The position numbers and the translations under genes were made by a program. The notes beneath the pieces are model-generated. The model was not told the DNA's origin and made no database searches. It was given only the letters and a program-made list of their open reading frames with translations. A stretch of 64,000 nucleotides of DNA from NCBI GenBank assembly GCA_963821525.1, contig CAWGED010000019.1, positions 544,001-608,000 of the forward strand. Direction: 5' to 3'. This document shows, one piece after another, positions 52,195-63,564 of the stretch (position 1 is the first letter of the stretch; every line of letters begins with the position of its first letter). Source of the DNA: an uncultured Gemmatimonadales bacterium. GTDB taxonomy: Bacteria > Gemmatimonadota > Gemmatimonadetes > Gemmatimonadales > GWC2-71-9.

Positions 52195-54541
52195 GCACGA
52201 TTCCGGAATCACTCATTGCCGCCCTCGCCGACCACTACAGGATCGAGCGGGAGCTGGGCCGGGGCGGGATGGCGGTCGTCTATCTCGCCGAAGACCTGAA
52301 GCACCACCGGCGGGTCGCGATCAAGGTGCTCAAGCCGGAACTCTCCGCGATAGTCGGGAGCGAGCGGTTTCTCCGGGAGATCGAGATCGCGGCGACGCTG
52401 CAACATCCTCACATCCTTCCGCTCTTTGACTCCGGACAAGTGACCGCAGGTCATCCCGAGCGAAGCGAGGGACCCCAGTCGTTCCTCTACTACGTGATGC
52501 CATTTGTCGAGGGTGAATCGCTACGGGAGCGGCTTACCCGGGAGACGCGGCTTCCCCTCGACACCGCTCTGCAGATCATCCGCGAAATCGGGAGTGCGCT
52601 GCAGTACGCCCACGAGCACAATGTGGTGCATCGAGATGTCAAACCAGAGAACGTCATGCTGTCCGGAGGCCATGCCGTCGTGGCGGACTTCGGCATCGCC
52701 CGGGCACTGCAGGCCAATGCGGAGCAGCTGACCATCACGGCATGGTGGTTGGTACCCCGCAGTACATGAGCCCGGAACAGGCCAGCGGTGAGGTCGTGGA
52801 CGGCCGGTGCGATCAGTACAGCCTGGCTTGCACCTTGTACGAGATGCTGGCCGGCAAGCCGCCCTTCGTCGGGCCCACGCCCCTCGTGGTCCTGGCCCAC
52901 CACTCGGCCGCGCCGATCCCGAGCTTGCGTGGGAGCCGGGAGGACGTGCCGGCAGCGGTAGCGGGTGCCGTTGCGAAGGCGATGGCCAAGCGGTCTGCGG
53001 ATCGCTTCCCCTCGATACCCCAGTTTCTCGATGCGCTGGATCCGCGGCAGATGACCGCCGTCATGCCGGTCTCGTCTCAACGCCGCTCGAGGCAAGCGAC
53101 TGCGATCGCGGCTGGCGCACTTCTGGTTGCGGCCTTGTGGTGGGTAATCATGAAACGCGGATCCCACCCGGTGCCGAGCGGAGTCACCGCGATCGCGGTG
53201 CTTCCCTTCCTCGATTTGGCCGGTAGCCCGGACACGACCTACCTGGGACTCGGAATGACCGATGGGCTCATCGCCGATCTGGCTGAGGTGGGCTCGCTGA
53301 AGGTCATCTCACGCTCCTCCGGTGCGACGGCCCAGGGCGCGGCACGATCGCTCGCGGATCTGAGCAGCGAGCTGGGAATTCAAGGCGTAGTGCAGGGCTG
53401 GATCGGCAGGATCGCCGATACGGTTCGCGTGAGGCTGCGATTCCTTCACGCCCCAGACAGCACAATACTTTTTGCGAAGGATTATCAGCGTCGCCTCGGT
53501 GAGCTGCCGGACCTGCAGCGGGAGATCGCGACGGCCCTCACCGGCTCAATCGGCGCAAGCGTCAAGGGGACCGAACAAAGCCGGCTCGCTGTACGCGGCG
53601 CAGTGGAGCAGCGCGCCTATGAAGCGTTCCTTCGCGGCCGGTTCTACCTGGAGCAGGAGGAAGTGGAACTGGCACGGGCCCAGTTCGAGCAGGCGAGCCG
53701 TATCGCACCGGACTGGGCCCCTCCTTACGTGGGCATGGCGAACTACTACACATCGCTTCCTTTCTACACCGACGTTCCACCGGCGGTGGTGCTGCCCAAG
53801 GCCCGTGCGGCGCTGGTCCATGCCCTGCAGCTGGACGAGACCCTGGCCGAGGCGCACGCGGTCAACGCCTACATCCGGGCCTACTATGAATGGGACTGGC
53901 GCGCGGCAGAGCAGGAGTTCAGGCGGGCCCTCGAGCTGAGGCCCAACTATGCAGACGCGTACTTTTCCTACAGTCGCTTTCTGGCCTCACAGCGCCGCTT
54001 CGATGAGGCCATTGCCCAACTCGGCCACGCCGTGGAGCTGGACCCGCTCTCTCTTTCCCTCCAGACCAACCGCGCCCTGCTCGAGTACTTCGCCGGACGC
54101 TACGACAAGGCCAAGCAGGGGCTCATGGACGTGCTCAAGAGCGACTCCACCGACAGGCTGTCCAAATGGGGGCTGGCACTGGTTGCCGAGCAGCAGGGGC
54201 GGGTGGATGAAGCGATCACGATCCTGGAGCGATTAGGCGGGACTAGCCTCAACACCAAGTCTTCGCTGGGTCATGCCTATGGGCTTGCGGGGCGAGCCAC
54301 GCAGGCCCGGAGTGTCCTGCGCCTCCTTCAGACCGAAGCCGAGCGCAGCTACGTGCCATCCTATTTCTTTGCACTCGTGCACACCGGGCTGGGCGAGCGT
54401 GATCAGGCGCTCCGGTATCTTGAAAAGGCTTATGAGGAGCGTTCTACCGTGTTGGCCTATGTCCAGATCGATCCGCGATTGGCCTCGCTCAGGACGGAGC
54501 CACGGTTTGTGGCTCTGGTCCGGCGTCTCAACGGCGAGTGA
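52191..54541 (+). CDS. Ser/Thr kinase K14: kinase + TM + TolB_N-like + TPR, one frameshift near 52740
   Basis: ORFs 52191 and 52742 give [18 protein letters not shown], TPRs and SLRTEPRF. Confidence 0.9.
52450..52474 (+). repeat. Half REP-like palindrome inside the K14 kinase domain, encoding HPERSEG
   Basis: GTCATCCCGAGCGAAGCGAGGGACC closely matches the arms of 9011-9102. Confidence 0.8.
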
Positions 54542-54596
54542 ATCGTGCCTTCATCCGCGGACGAGCAGACTCACGACTCACGACTCACGACGACCA

Positions 54597-57270
54597 TTGA
54601 CCATCGACCATCGACTCTCGACCTCGCTCGCCGACCGCTACCGCATCGAGCGGGAGCTGGGTCAGGGCGGCATGGCGACCGTGTATCTCGCCGAAGATCT
54701 CAAGCACCACCGGAAGGTCGCGATCAAGGTTCTCCGGCCGGAGCTCGCCGCGGTCGTCGGAGCCGACCGTTTCGTGCGGGAAATCGAGACCACCGCCGGC
54801 CTGCAGCATCCCCACATCCTCGGACTCATCGATTCCGGCGAGGTGAATGGCACCGCGTACTACGTCATGCCGTTCGTCGAGGGCGAGTCGCTGCGCGACC
54901 GGATCACCCGGGAGAAGCAGCTCCCGCTGGATGACGCACTGCGCATCGCACGGGAGGTCGCGGATGCGTTGAGCTACGCCCACAACAAGGGCGTCATTCA
55001 TCGCGACATCAAGCCGGAGAATATCCTGCTGACCAGCGGTCACGCGGTGGTCGCCGACTTCGGCATCGCCCGGGCCATCAGCGCGGCGGGCGGCGAACGG
55101 CTCACCGAGACCGGACTCGCGGTCGGCACGCCGGCGTACATGAGCCCGGAACAGGCCGCCGGGAGATCGCGACCTCGATGGGCGCAGCGACCTGTACGCG
55201 CTGGCCTGCGTACTCTACGAAATGCTGGCGGGTGAGCCGCCCTTCAGGGGACCAACAGTCGAGGCCGTAGTCCGGCAGCATCTCACCGTCGAGCCGCGAT
55301 CGGTCACCCAGTTACGGCCCGCGGTGCCGGCGGAAGTGGCGGAGGCACTGAACCGCGCGCTGGCCAAGACGCCGGCGGACCGGTTCAATCCAGTAGGGCA
55401 GTTCTCGGAGGCGTTGGGACGAGGAACCTTCGCGCCTCGCGATGGCGGGACTCGCGTCGTCTCCTGCCCCGCGCTCCAGCGCACCGGTCATCGCCGCACT
55501 TGCCATCCTCGCCCTCGGCGCGATCGGCATATGGTATTGGCGCCATCGTGGTCCTGCTCCGCTCGAAGTGCAACGGCGGACTCAGGTGACGATCGATCCC
55601 GGACTCGAGCTCGATCCGGCGCTCTCCCCCGATGGGAAGTTCATCGCCTACTCCGGGCCGAAGGGCGCGCTGATGGTGCGGCAGGTCGAAGGCGGGGTGC
55701 CAATCGCGGTCGTGCGCGATGGCGGCGGGACCGGGCGCTGGCCCACCTGGACGCCTGATGGTCAGCGTATCCTCTATATGTCGCAGCGCGGGATCGAGAT
55801 CGTGCCGGCGCTGGGCGGAAGCTCCCGTCTCCTGATGGCAGACAGCGCCAGGCCCCGCGGAGTGGCCATCGCGCCTGACGGGAAGTCGTTCGCGTTTGCC
55901 TCCCACGACTCCATTTTTGCCAAGCCGCTGGATGGCGGAGCGCCGCGACTCGTCACCGTGGGTTGGGAGGTGCATTCCTATGCCTGGTCGCCTGACGGCC
56001 GCTGGATCGCCTTCGTCTCGGGCAACCGCAGTACATCAACTCCAGCGACCTGGGGAACTTCGCGCCGAGCAGCATCTGGATAGCTCCGGCGGCCGGTGGC
56101 GCTTCGATTCGGGTGACCGACGACCAGTTCCTGAACGTCAGTCCCGCCTGGACTCGGCGGGGATCCCTGCTCTACCTCTCCTCTCGCGACGGGGGCCGCG
56201 ATGCATACGAGGTCAATCTGACCCGCTCCGGGGCGCCATCGGGTGCGCCTTCCCGACTCACCACCGGCCTCAATGCACTCAGCATCAGCATGTCGCTGGA
56301 CGGCAGCCGCTTCGCCTACTCGGCGTTCAGCGAGACGTCGAACATCTGGTCCATCGCCATTCCCACGAGCGGTGCCGTTTCGATCTCGCAAGCCACTCCG
56401 GTGACCGCCGGAAGCCAGATCATCGAGAACATCGGGGTGTCGCATGATGGTCAATGGGTTGCGTTCAGTTCTGATCGAGGCGCGGGTTCCCAGATCTACC
56501 GCCTGCGACTGGGCCCGGGGCCGGGGAACCGCAGCAGCTGACATCCGACTCTGTAGGCGCGTACTGGGCCGATTGGTCTCCTGATGGAAGGGAAATCGCC
56601 TTTCATGAATTCGTTGGGGATCACCGCGAAGTTTTCGTCATGTCCTCGGATGGGAACTCCCCCGTCCAGGTCACGAGAGGTGCGGGACGACGAGCGCTCA
56701 CCGGACTGGTCTCCGGACGGCAGGCACCTGATCCTGATCGCGAACTGGGGCACCCACCCTGCCCTTCACATAGTGACGCGCGGCCAGGATGGGAAATGGT
56801 CAGCGCCGCAGCCGTTTACCATCGTCATCGGCTCTGACACCATTGCCACGCGAATCGGGTCGTGGTCCCCCGATGGCAAGTACATCGCGTGTGGATGTGG
56901 CCCGGGAGGGGTTGTGCTCGCTCCGGTGGCGGGCGGCTCGGCCCGCCGACTGGCCTCTCCGTTCCCAACCAATGGCTGGACCTTTCCGCAATGGTCGGCG
57001 GATGGGAAAGTCATTTACCATATCGTCGAGGATTCGGGCAGGGTAATGGGCGTCGCCGCGGTTCCGGTTTCCGGAGCGCCGCCCCGACTCGTCCTGCGCT
57101 TCGATGACCCGGCACGTCCCTGGCACCGCTATGGATTCCGGGTTCGCGGCGACCGGATCTATTTCACCCTGGGCGACCTGCAGAGCGACATCTGGGTCGC
57201 ACGAGGTAGGGAGACAATGAGGCGATTTCAAATTGGCAAATTTCAAGTTTGCAAATTTCTGATTTCATGA
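54597..57270 (+). CDS. Ser/Thr kinase K15: kinase + TM + PD40 beta-propeller, several frameshifts
   Basis: MTIDHRLSTSLADRY leader. ORFs 54273, 55222, 55442, 56113 and 56584 stitch to ...QSDIWVA. The exact stop is uncertain. Confidence 0.86.
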
Positions 57271-57328
57271 CCATCGACCAGCGACTTTCGACCGCCCCTT
57301 CGGCGCCAAAGCATCCTCTGGAGTCAGG

Positions 57329-59959
57329 ATGAGTAGTGAGCGCCTCAGGGCAAGCCTCTCCGACCGCTACCGCATCGAGCGGGAGTTGGGCCAAGGCGGC
57401 ATGGCGACGGTATACCTCGCCGAGGACCAGAAGCACCGGCGCAAGGTCGCGATCAAGGTGCTCCGGCCGGAACTCGCCGCGGTGATCGGCGCGGATCGGT
57501 TCGTCAGAGAGATTCAGACGATCGCCGCGCTGCAGCATCCCCACATCCTGGGCCTCATTGACTCGGGTGAGGTGAATGGCACCGCCTACTACGTGATGCC
57601 GTTCGTGGAAGGCGAATCACTCCGGGACCGCCTCAATCGGGAGAAGCAGCTCCCCATTCCCGATGCGATCCGCTTCGCGACCGAAGTGGCAGGGGCCCTC
57701 GACTACGCCCACCGGCACGGCGTCATTCATCGCGACATCAAACCTGAAAACGTGATGTTGCACGATGGCTCCGCTCTGGTGACCGACTTCGGCATCGCGT
57801 TGGCAGTCACCTCGGCGGGTGGAAACCGGATGACCGAGACGGGGATGTCGCTGGGCACCCCGCACTACATGAGCCCCGAGCAGGCGATGGGCGAACGGGA
57901 GATTACCGCCCGGAGCGACATCTACGCCCTCGGTGCGATGACCTACGAGATGTTGACCGGCGAGCCTCCGTTCAGCGGACCTACGGCCCAGGCGATCGTC
58001 GCCAAGGTGCTCACCGAGGAACCGAGACCTCTTGTCCCGCGACGCCACACCATTCCGGCAAACGTCGAGGACGCAGTGCTGACTGCTTTAGAGAAGCTCC
58101 CCGCCGACCGCTTCGGAACTGCGCAGGAGTTTGCCAATGCACTGAAAGACGGAAAGGCGGAGACCCGGGAAGAAAGAAGACGACAGTCGAGCGCGCCTGC
58201 ATCGCAGCATCGCCTCCCGTTGATGGTTGGAGCAATCGCGCTGCTCGGGGCTGCGTTCTGGCTGGGGCGCGGAAGTGCCCGCAGTGAACCGCTGCCCCTG
58301 AGTTTCGGCCCGGCGATCAAGGTGACCTGGGATCCTGCGATGGAAGTCCTCCCCGCCATTTCCCCGGACGGGAAGAGCGTCGCCTACGCAAGCGGGAACA
58401 GCACTCGCACCCGGATCTTCGTCCGTTCGATCGCTGGAGGTCGGTCCATTGCCCTCACCGACGACACCAGCCAGGTGCAGTCCCATCCCCGCTGGTCGCC
58501 GGACGGAAGTCGAGTGCTGTTCCTCCAACGGGGAGGGGTGTTCAGCGTCCCGGCCTCTGGTGGAGCGGAAACGCCGGAGGTCCCACCGAGCCGGACCAGT
58601 CCCGTGGGGTCGGCGGCCTGGTCCCCGGATGGCAAGAGCATCGGATACGTCATCGGAGACTCGCTGTTCGTTCGTGATCCGGGAGGCGCGTCTCGGGCGA
58701 TTGCGGGTTTCTTCGAGCCCAGCGGTTGTCAGTGGAGTCCCGATGGGGAGTACATCGCGTGTACCTCGGGCAATGCGGTGTCGACCACGATCGGCCAGCT
58801 CTTTGGAAATCTCTCTCCCAGCAAGATCGTCACCGTCCGCGTCAAGGACGGCTTGGTCTCTCCCATCACCGATAGCCTTTCGTTTAATCTGAGTCCCATC
58901 TGGTCGCCCGATGGCCGGTGGCTCTATTTCGTCTCCAATCGCTATGGCCCTCGTGACGTGTTCGGGGTGCGGATGAGCGGGGGCAAGCCCTCGGGAACGG
59001 TCTTGCGATTGACTACGGGGCTCAAGGCACACACGATCTCGATTTCTGCCGATGGGCAGCGGCTGGCCTTCGCCAACTTTGAGGTCGAAAGCAATGCCTG
59101 GTCGTTCCCGATCCCAGCCCATCCACCGGTGATCGCCACGGGCGAAACCCAGCTCACCTTCGGGATGCAGCTGGTGGAGTCGGCCGATCTTTCCCCTGAC
59201 GGACGCTGGCTACTCTATGACTCCGACGTGAGCGGGAACGCAGATGCGTATCGGATGCTGCTGCCAAACGGTACCCCGGAGCAACTGACTACCGACCCCA
59301 GCGATGACTTCTTCCCCACCTATTCGCCCGATGGCAAAGAGGTCGCTTTTCATTCCTGGCGGGGAGGATCGCGTGACGTCTACGTCTTGCCGCTCGATGG
59401 CGGCCCACTTCAACGGGTGAGTTCCTCGCCCCGCCAGGAAGCGATCGCGGACTGGTCACCCGACGGCAACCACCTCACCTTCTCCGATTTCTCCAGCACC
59501 GGTGGGATCTGGACCGCCGAGCGACGCAACGGCGTGTGGCAGCAGCCGGTGCTGCGGCTCTCCCACGGATACTGGTCCCGCTGGTCCCCCGACGGCGGAT
59601 TCATCGCGTTCAGCAGCCAGCTTGCCGGCGGCTCCATCTGGGTCATGCCGGCGGACTCGGGTCCGCCGCGCCTCCTCGCCGATTCGACCGGGCCCGACGC
59701 CTTCGTCGGCGATCAGCCAGTGTGGACATCAGACGGGCAATCGATCATCTCCCGCCGGGACACTCCGGAAGGGGCGACCCAGTTCTGGTCGGTCCCCGTT
59801 CACGACGGCCCTCCCCGGTTACTCATCACCTTCAATGCCGGGGGCCTGACGCCGAGTCGCGGAGGATGGGTAGTTCGGGCCAATCGCTTCGTGTTTACCG
59901 CGCAGGCCCAGCAAAGCGACGTGTGGGTGATGGAGGTCGGTGGGGCCTCAAGGAGATAG
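57329..59959 (+). CDS. Ser/Thr kinase K16: kinase + TM + PD40 beta-propeller
   Basis: Intact ORF with kinase motifs, a TM, WSPDG repeats and QSDVWVME. Confidence 0.94.
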   Translation: MSSERLRASLSDRYRIERELGQGGMATVYLAEDQKHRRKVAIKVLRPELAAVIGADRFVREIQTIAALQHPHILGLIDSGEVNGTAYYVMPFVEGESLRDRLNREKQLPIPDAIRFATEVAGALDYAHRHGVIHRDIKPENVMLHDGSALVTDFGIALAVTSAGGNRMTETGMSLGTPHYMSPEQAMGEREITARSDIYALGAMTYEMLTGEPPFSGPTAQAIVAKVLTEEPRPLVPRRHTIPANVEDAVLTALEKLPADRFGTAQEFANALKDGKAETREERRRQSSAPASQHRLPLMVGAIALLGAAFWLGRGSARSEPLPLSFGPAIKVTWDPAMEVLPAISPDGKSVAYASGNSTRTRIFVRSIAGGRSIALTDDTSQVQSHPRWSPDGSRVLFLQRGGVFSVPASGGAETPEVPPSRTSPVGSAAWSPDGKSIGYVIGDSLFVRDPGGASRAIAGFFEPSGCQWSPDGEYIACTSGNAVSTTIGQLFGNLSPSKIVTVRVKDGLVSPITDSLSFNLSPIWSPDGRWLYFVSNRYGPRDVFGVRMSGGKPSGTVLRLTTGLKAHTISISADGQRLAFANFEVESNAWSFPIPAHPPVIATGETQLTFGMQLVESADLSPDGRWLLYDSDVSGNADAYRMLLPNGTPEQLTTDPSDDFFPTYSPDGKEVAFHSWRGGSRDVYVLPLDGGPLQRVSSSPRQEAIADWSPDGNHLTFSDFSSTGGIWTAERRNGVWQQPVLRLSHGYWSRWSPDGGFIAFSSQLAGGSIWVMPADSGPPRLLADSTGPDAFVGDQPVWTSDGQSIISRRDTPEGATQFWSVPVHDGPPRLLITFNAGGLTPSRGGWVVRANRFVFTAQAQQSDVWVMEVGGASRR

Positions 59960-60088
59960 TCGTGGGTCGTGGGTCTTGAGTCACGACCAACGACCACGGT
60001 CAAATTGTCCCGCGTTTCCGGAGCCTGAGCGGTCCGCGCTCTGGCGTGTTCTGCACTGCCCGCCCATCTTTGCGGCCACCAGCCACTC

Positions 60089-61558
60089 ATGCAGCCAATT
60101 CCCGAACGTCTAAAAGCAGCCCTTGCCGACCGCTACCACCTCGAACGGGAGGTGGGACAAGGCGGAATGGCCACCGTGTACCTGGCCGAAGACCTGAAGC
60201 ACCACCGGAAGGTGGCGCTCAAGGTGCTCCGCCCGGAACTTGCAGCGGCACTCGGCTCCGAGCGTTTTGTCCGTGAAGTCGAAATCGCGGCCCATCTGCA
60301 ACACCCCCACATCTTGCCACTCTTTGACTCGGGCGAGGCCGACGGCTTCCTCTACTACGTGATGCCCTTCGTCGATGGCGAGTCCTTGCGGGAGCGGCTC
60401 AAGCGCGAACGAGCAATCCCCATCGTCGAAGGAGTACGCATCCTTCGCGAGGTAGTGGACGCGCTGGCCTACGCGCATCAGCACGGCGTCGTGCACCGCG
60501 ACATCAAGCCCGATAACGTGATGCTCTCCGGCCGGCACGCAGTGGTCACCGACTTCGGCGTGGCCAAGGCCGTGAGCGCAGCGGGTCAGGACAAGCTCAC
60601 GACTGTCGGCGTGGCCCTCGGTACTCCGGCATACATGGCGCCGGAGCAGGCCATGGGCGAGACCAATCTCGATCAGCGGGCCGATATCTACTCGGTCGGT
60701 GCGCTGGCCTACGAGCTTTTCACCGGTTCGCCCCCGTTCGACAAGGCCACCGCGCAAGCGCTGCTTTCGGCCCACGTCCTCGAGAAGCCGGTCCCTCCTT
60801 TGACCCGGCGTGCGGAGATGGCGCCCGCCTTGTCGGACCTGGTGATGCGCTGCCTCGAAAAGGAAAAGGACGCGCGCTACCAGACCGCTGATGAGATGAT
60901 CCCCGCCCTCGAGGTTCTGGGCACCCCTAGCGGCGGGGTCACTCCCACGCACACCCGTCCCCTGCTGGCGGCCAAGATCAGGCGAGGGCGGAGCGGGGGC
61001 ATCGTCGGTCTCGTCGCCGCGGCGCTCGTTGTGCTCGCAATGGCGGGTTGGATGCTCTTCCGTCGACCAGGAACGGGCAGTGGAAGGATCAATCAGTTGG
61101 CCGTGCTCCCAATTCAGGACCTTTCGGGGAAGGATCAGGTGTTCGTGGATGCCATGCACGACGCGTTGATCAGCGCCATCGCCCGGAAGCAGGTGGTGGG
61201 CGTGGTCTCCCGTTCGGCAGTGATGCGCTTCAAAGGCGCCTCCGGCACAACTGAGGAGATTGCAAGGGCGCTCCATGCCGATGCGGTCATCGAGGCCACC
61301 GTTTTCCGGGATGGTGACCGGATACGGATCAACGTCCAAATGACCGAACCCATTACCCTCCGCTACCTCTGGGCCCAAACCTATGAGCGAGATGTGAAGG
61401 ACGTGCTCGACGCCCAGCGGGAGATCGTAGACACCATCGCCGCCGAGGTGGCCGGCGCGCTCAAGGGACAGACTCCCGCGCCGCATGCCGGCGCCATGCT
61501 CAATCGACCCACAGGCGACCTTTACGTCCTCGTCCCCAGGGAGAAGCGGCCAACATGA
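60089..61558 (+). CDS. Ser/Thr kinase K17: kinase + TM + TolB_N-like domain only
   Basis: Kinase motifs, a TM and LAVLPIQD...LWAQTYER, with no TPR or propeller following. Confidence 0.9.
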   Translation: MQPIPERLKAALADRYHLEREVGQGGMATVYLAEDLKHHRKVALKVLRPELAAALGSERFVREVEIAAHLQHPHILPLFDSGEADGFLYYVMPFVDGESLRERLKRERAIPIVEGVRILREVVDALAYAHQHGVVHRDIKPDNVMLSGRHAVVTDFGVAKAVSAAGQDKLTTVGVALGTPAYMAPEQAMGETNLDQRADIYSVGALAYELFTGSPPFDKATAQALLSAHVLEKPVPPLTRRAEMAPALSDLVMRCLEKEKDARYQTADEMIPALEVLGTPSGGVTPTHTRPLLAAKIRRGRSGGIVGLVAAALVVLAMAGWMLFRRPGTGSGRINQLAVLPIQDLSGKDQVFVDAMHDALISAIARKQVVGVVSRSAVMRFKGASGTTEEIARALHADAVIEATVFRDGDRIRINVQMTEPITLRYLWAQTYERDVKDVLDAQREIVDTIAAEVAGALKGQTPAPHAGAMLNRPTGDLYVLVPREKRPT

Positions 61559-63486
61559 GAATCCCCCTTGTCGTGGTCACACTCGGCGCGCTGGCAGTCA
61601 TGGGGTGCCGTGAGAAATCCGCGGGAACGGAGCGCACAGTGCTCACACCGGGCGAAGGGACCTACCGCTACGCTCGCTACTCGCCCGACGGAACTCGCCT
61701 CGCGTTCGTTACCGACCAGGGGGGCAAGCTGGCCGTGTGGACAGCCGGGGCGGACGGGAGTCGGGCCCGGGCAGTAAGTCCGGCATCCAGTTGGTTGATG
61801 TACCCACGCTGGTCGCCGGACGGAAAGTCGATCGCGTATTTGTCGGATGCCGCGGCCCCGCCGGACGTGTGGGCAGTGCCGGCCGACAGCGGAGAAGCGC
61901 GGCGCCTGACGAGCGCACCGAGCCTGGAATTCAACGAGCGCTGGTCGCCCGACGGCAGCCGCATCCTCTATTCCGGTAATCAGTCGGGGAATTTCGACCT
62001 GTACATGGTCTCGCCCGAGGGAGGGGCATCCGAAATCCTGCCAGCCGGCGGGGGGAACAAGTTCGCCGAATGGTCGCCCGACGGGAAACGCATCCTGTAC
62101 AGCCGTGTCGAAGGAGGAAAGACCACGATCTGGGTCCTTACGCTCGACAGCAAGACGACGAAGCAGATCACGACCGAGGGCCATGAGACTCCCATAGAGT
62201 GGTCGCCGGACGGGAGAGAGATCCTCTACACCTCGGACCGCACCGGGCTGCGCGACGTGTGGGTGGTGCCGGTGGACAGCGGCGACCCACGGCAACTCAC
62301 CCGCGACATCCGCGGCGATTGGGCCCCGACCTGGTCGCCTGACGGACGCTGGGTGGCATATCTCTCGGGGGCCGGTGGGCAGCAGGATGTCTGGATCGTC
62401 GCAGCCCAGGGAGGTCAGCCGATCCGGGTCACGAACGACGCGGGAGAGGAGGAGCGACCTGATTTGGACGCCCGACGGCAAGGGGGTCACCTTCTCCTAC
62501 ACCGAAGGGGTCGCTCAGCTATGGGTGCAGCCCGTGGCGGGCGGCGAGCCGCGGCAGCTCACCACGGGCCTCAAGGAGCCGTTGGAGCCACAAGTCTCCC
62601 CGGACGGCAAGTGGGTCGCTTTCAACTCCTATCGAACGCGGGAAACAACGACGTGTGGGTCGTTGGCATTGCCGGCGGTGAACCCCGACAGCTCACCACC
62701 AGTGACGCTAACGACTTCACGCCTCGATGGTCGCCGGACGGGTCCCGCATCGCGTTCATCTCCTCCCGGAATGGGAATGACGACATCTGGGTCGTGCCAG
62801 CCTCGGGCGGCGAGCCCACCCGGCTTACCTCCTTCACCGGCGATGAGGGCGATCCCCAGTGGTCGCCGGATGGCCGCACCATCGCGTTCGATGCCAGCTT
62901 CGAAAGCTCAACCAACGACATCTGGAGCGTACCTGCGGAAGGCGGGACACCGACCCGGCTCACCCGACTCGGGAACGCCTCAACACCCCGGTGGTCTTCG
63001 GATGGGCGGACGATCGCATTCTTCATGGGAAAGACCGGCCAAGGCCAGATCGCTACCATCCCGGCAACCGGTGGTCAGCCGGTACAGCTCACGAGATCGG
63101 TATTCAGCGGCCTTCAAGAATGGTCGCCCGACGGCCGTCGGCTCGCGTTCGTAACTTTTACGGCGAAACAGTTCGAGGTGGCCATCATCGGAGCGGACGG
63201 TTCGAATCTCCGCACCCTCACGTCCAATGACGTGTGGGACCTCTTTCCGGTGTGGTCGCCGGACGGCTCAATGATCGCGTTCGCCACCCAGAACAAGGGC
63301 CACTACGACATCGCCGTGATGGATTCGTCGGGCGCGAACCTGCGGGTTCTTACCAACACGCCGGCAGACGAGGCGGCGCCCCAGTGGACGCCGGACGGAA
63401 AGTCGTTGGTCTTCTCTTCAGTCAACGAGAATCGCAAGCTGGTGACGGTACGGGTCGAGTCGTTGCTGGCGAGGAGTGCTCCTTGA
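61555..63486 (+). CDS. PD40/TolB-like multi-blade beta-propeller lipoprotein (compensating frameshift pair at about 62455-62630)
   Basis: ATGA overlap with the K17 stop, MRIPLVVVTLGALAVMGC lipobox-like signal, and about 14 SPDG-type repeats. Confidence 0.85.
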   Translation: MRIPLVVVTLGALAVMGCREKSAGTERTVLTPGEGTYRYARYSPDGTRLAFVTDQGGKLAVWTAGADGSRARAVSPASSWLMYPRWSPDGKSIAYLSDAAAPPDVWAVPADSGEARRLTSAPSLEFNERWSPDGSRILYSGNQSGNFDLYMVSPEGGASEILPAGGGNKFAEWSPDGKRILYSRVEGGKTTIWVLTLDSKTTKQITTEGHETPIEWSPDGREILYTSDRTGLRDVWVVPVDSGDPRQLTRDIRGDWAPTWSPDGRWVAYLSGAGGQQDVWIVAAQGGQPIRVTNDAGEEERPDLDARRQGGHLLLHRRGRSAMGAARGGRRAAAAHHGPQGAVGATSLPGRQVGRFQLLSNAGNNDVWVVGIAGGEPRQLTTSDANDFTPRWSPDGSRIAFISSRNGNDDIWVVPASGGEPTRLTSFTGDEGDPQWSPDGRTIAFDASFESSTNDIWSVPAEGGTPTRLTRLGNASTPRWSSDGRTIAFFMGKTGQGQIATIPATGGQPVQLTRSVFSGLQEWSPDGRRLAFVTFTAKQFEVAIIGADGSNLRTLTSNDVWDLFPVWSPDGSMIAFATQNKGHYDIAVMDSSGANLRVLTNTPADEAAPQWTPDGKSLVFSSVNENRKLVTVRVESLLARSAP

Positions 63487-63564
63487 AAGTCGACTGTCAT
63501 GTGTCGTCGGTCGTCACGACTCACGACTGCAGACTCTCAACTCTAGACCCACGACCAACGACCA

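Noticed and set aside
2187..62490. Long minus-strand ORFs antisense to kinases (e.g. 10518-12392, 20727-21674, 60110-61486)
   Set aside because: Shadow ORFs caused by high-GC codon bias. They recur opposite each kinase and have no independent motifs.
61555..63486. Genuine tolB of the Tol-Pal system
   Set aside because: No tolQRA or pal neighbours, and it has about twice the blade number of TolB with no TolB_N domain in the same ORF.
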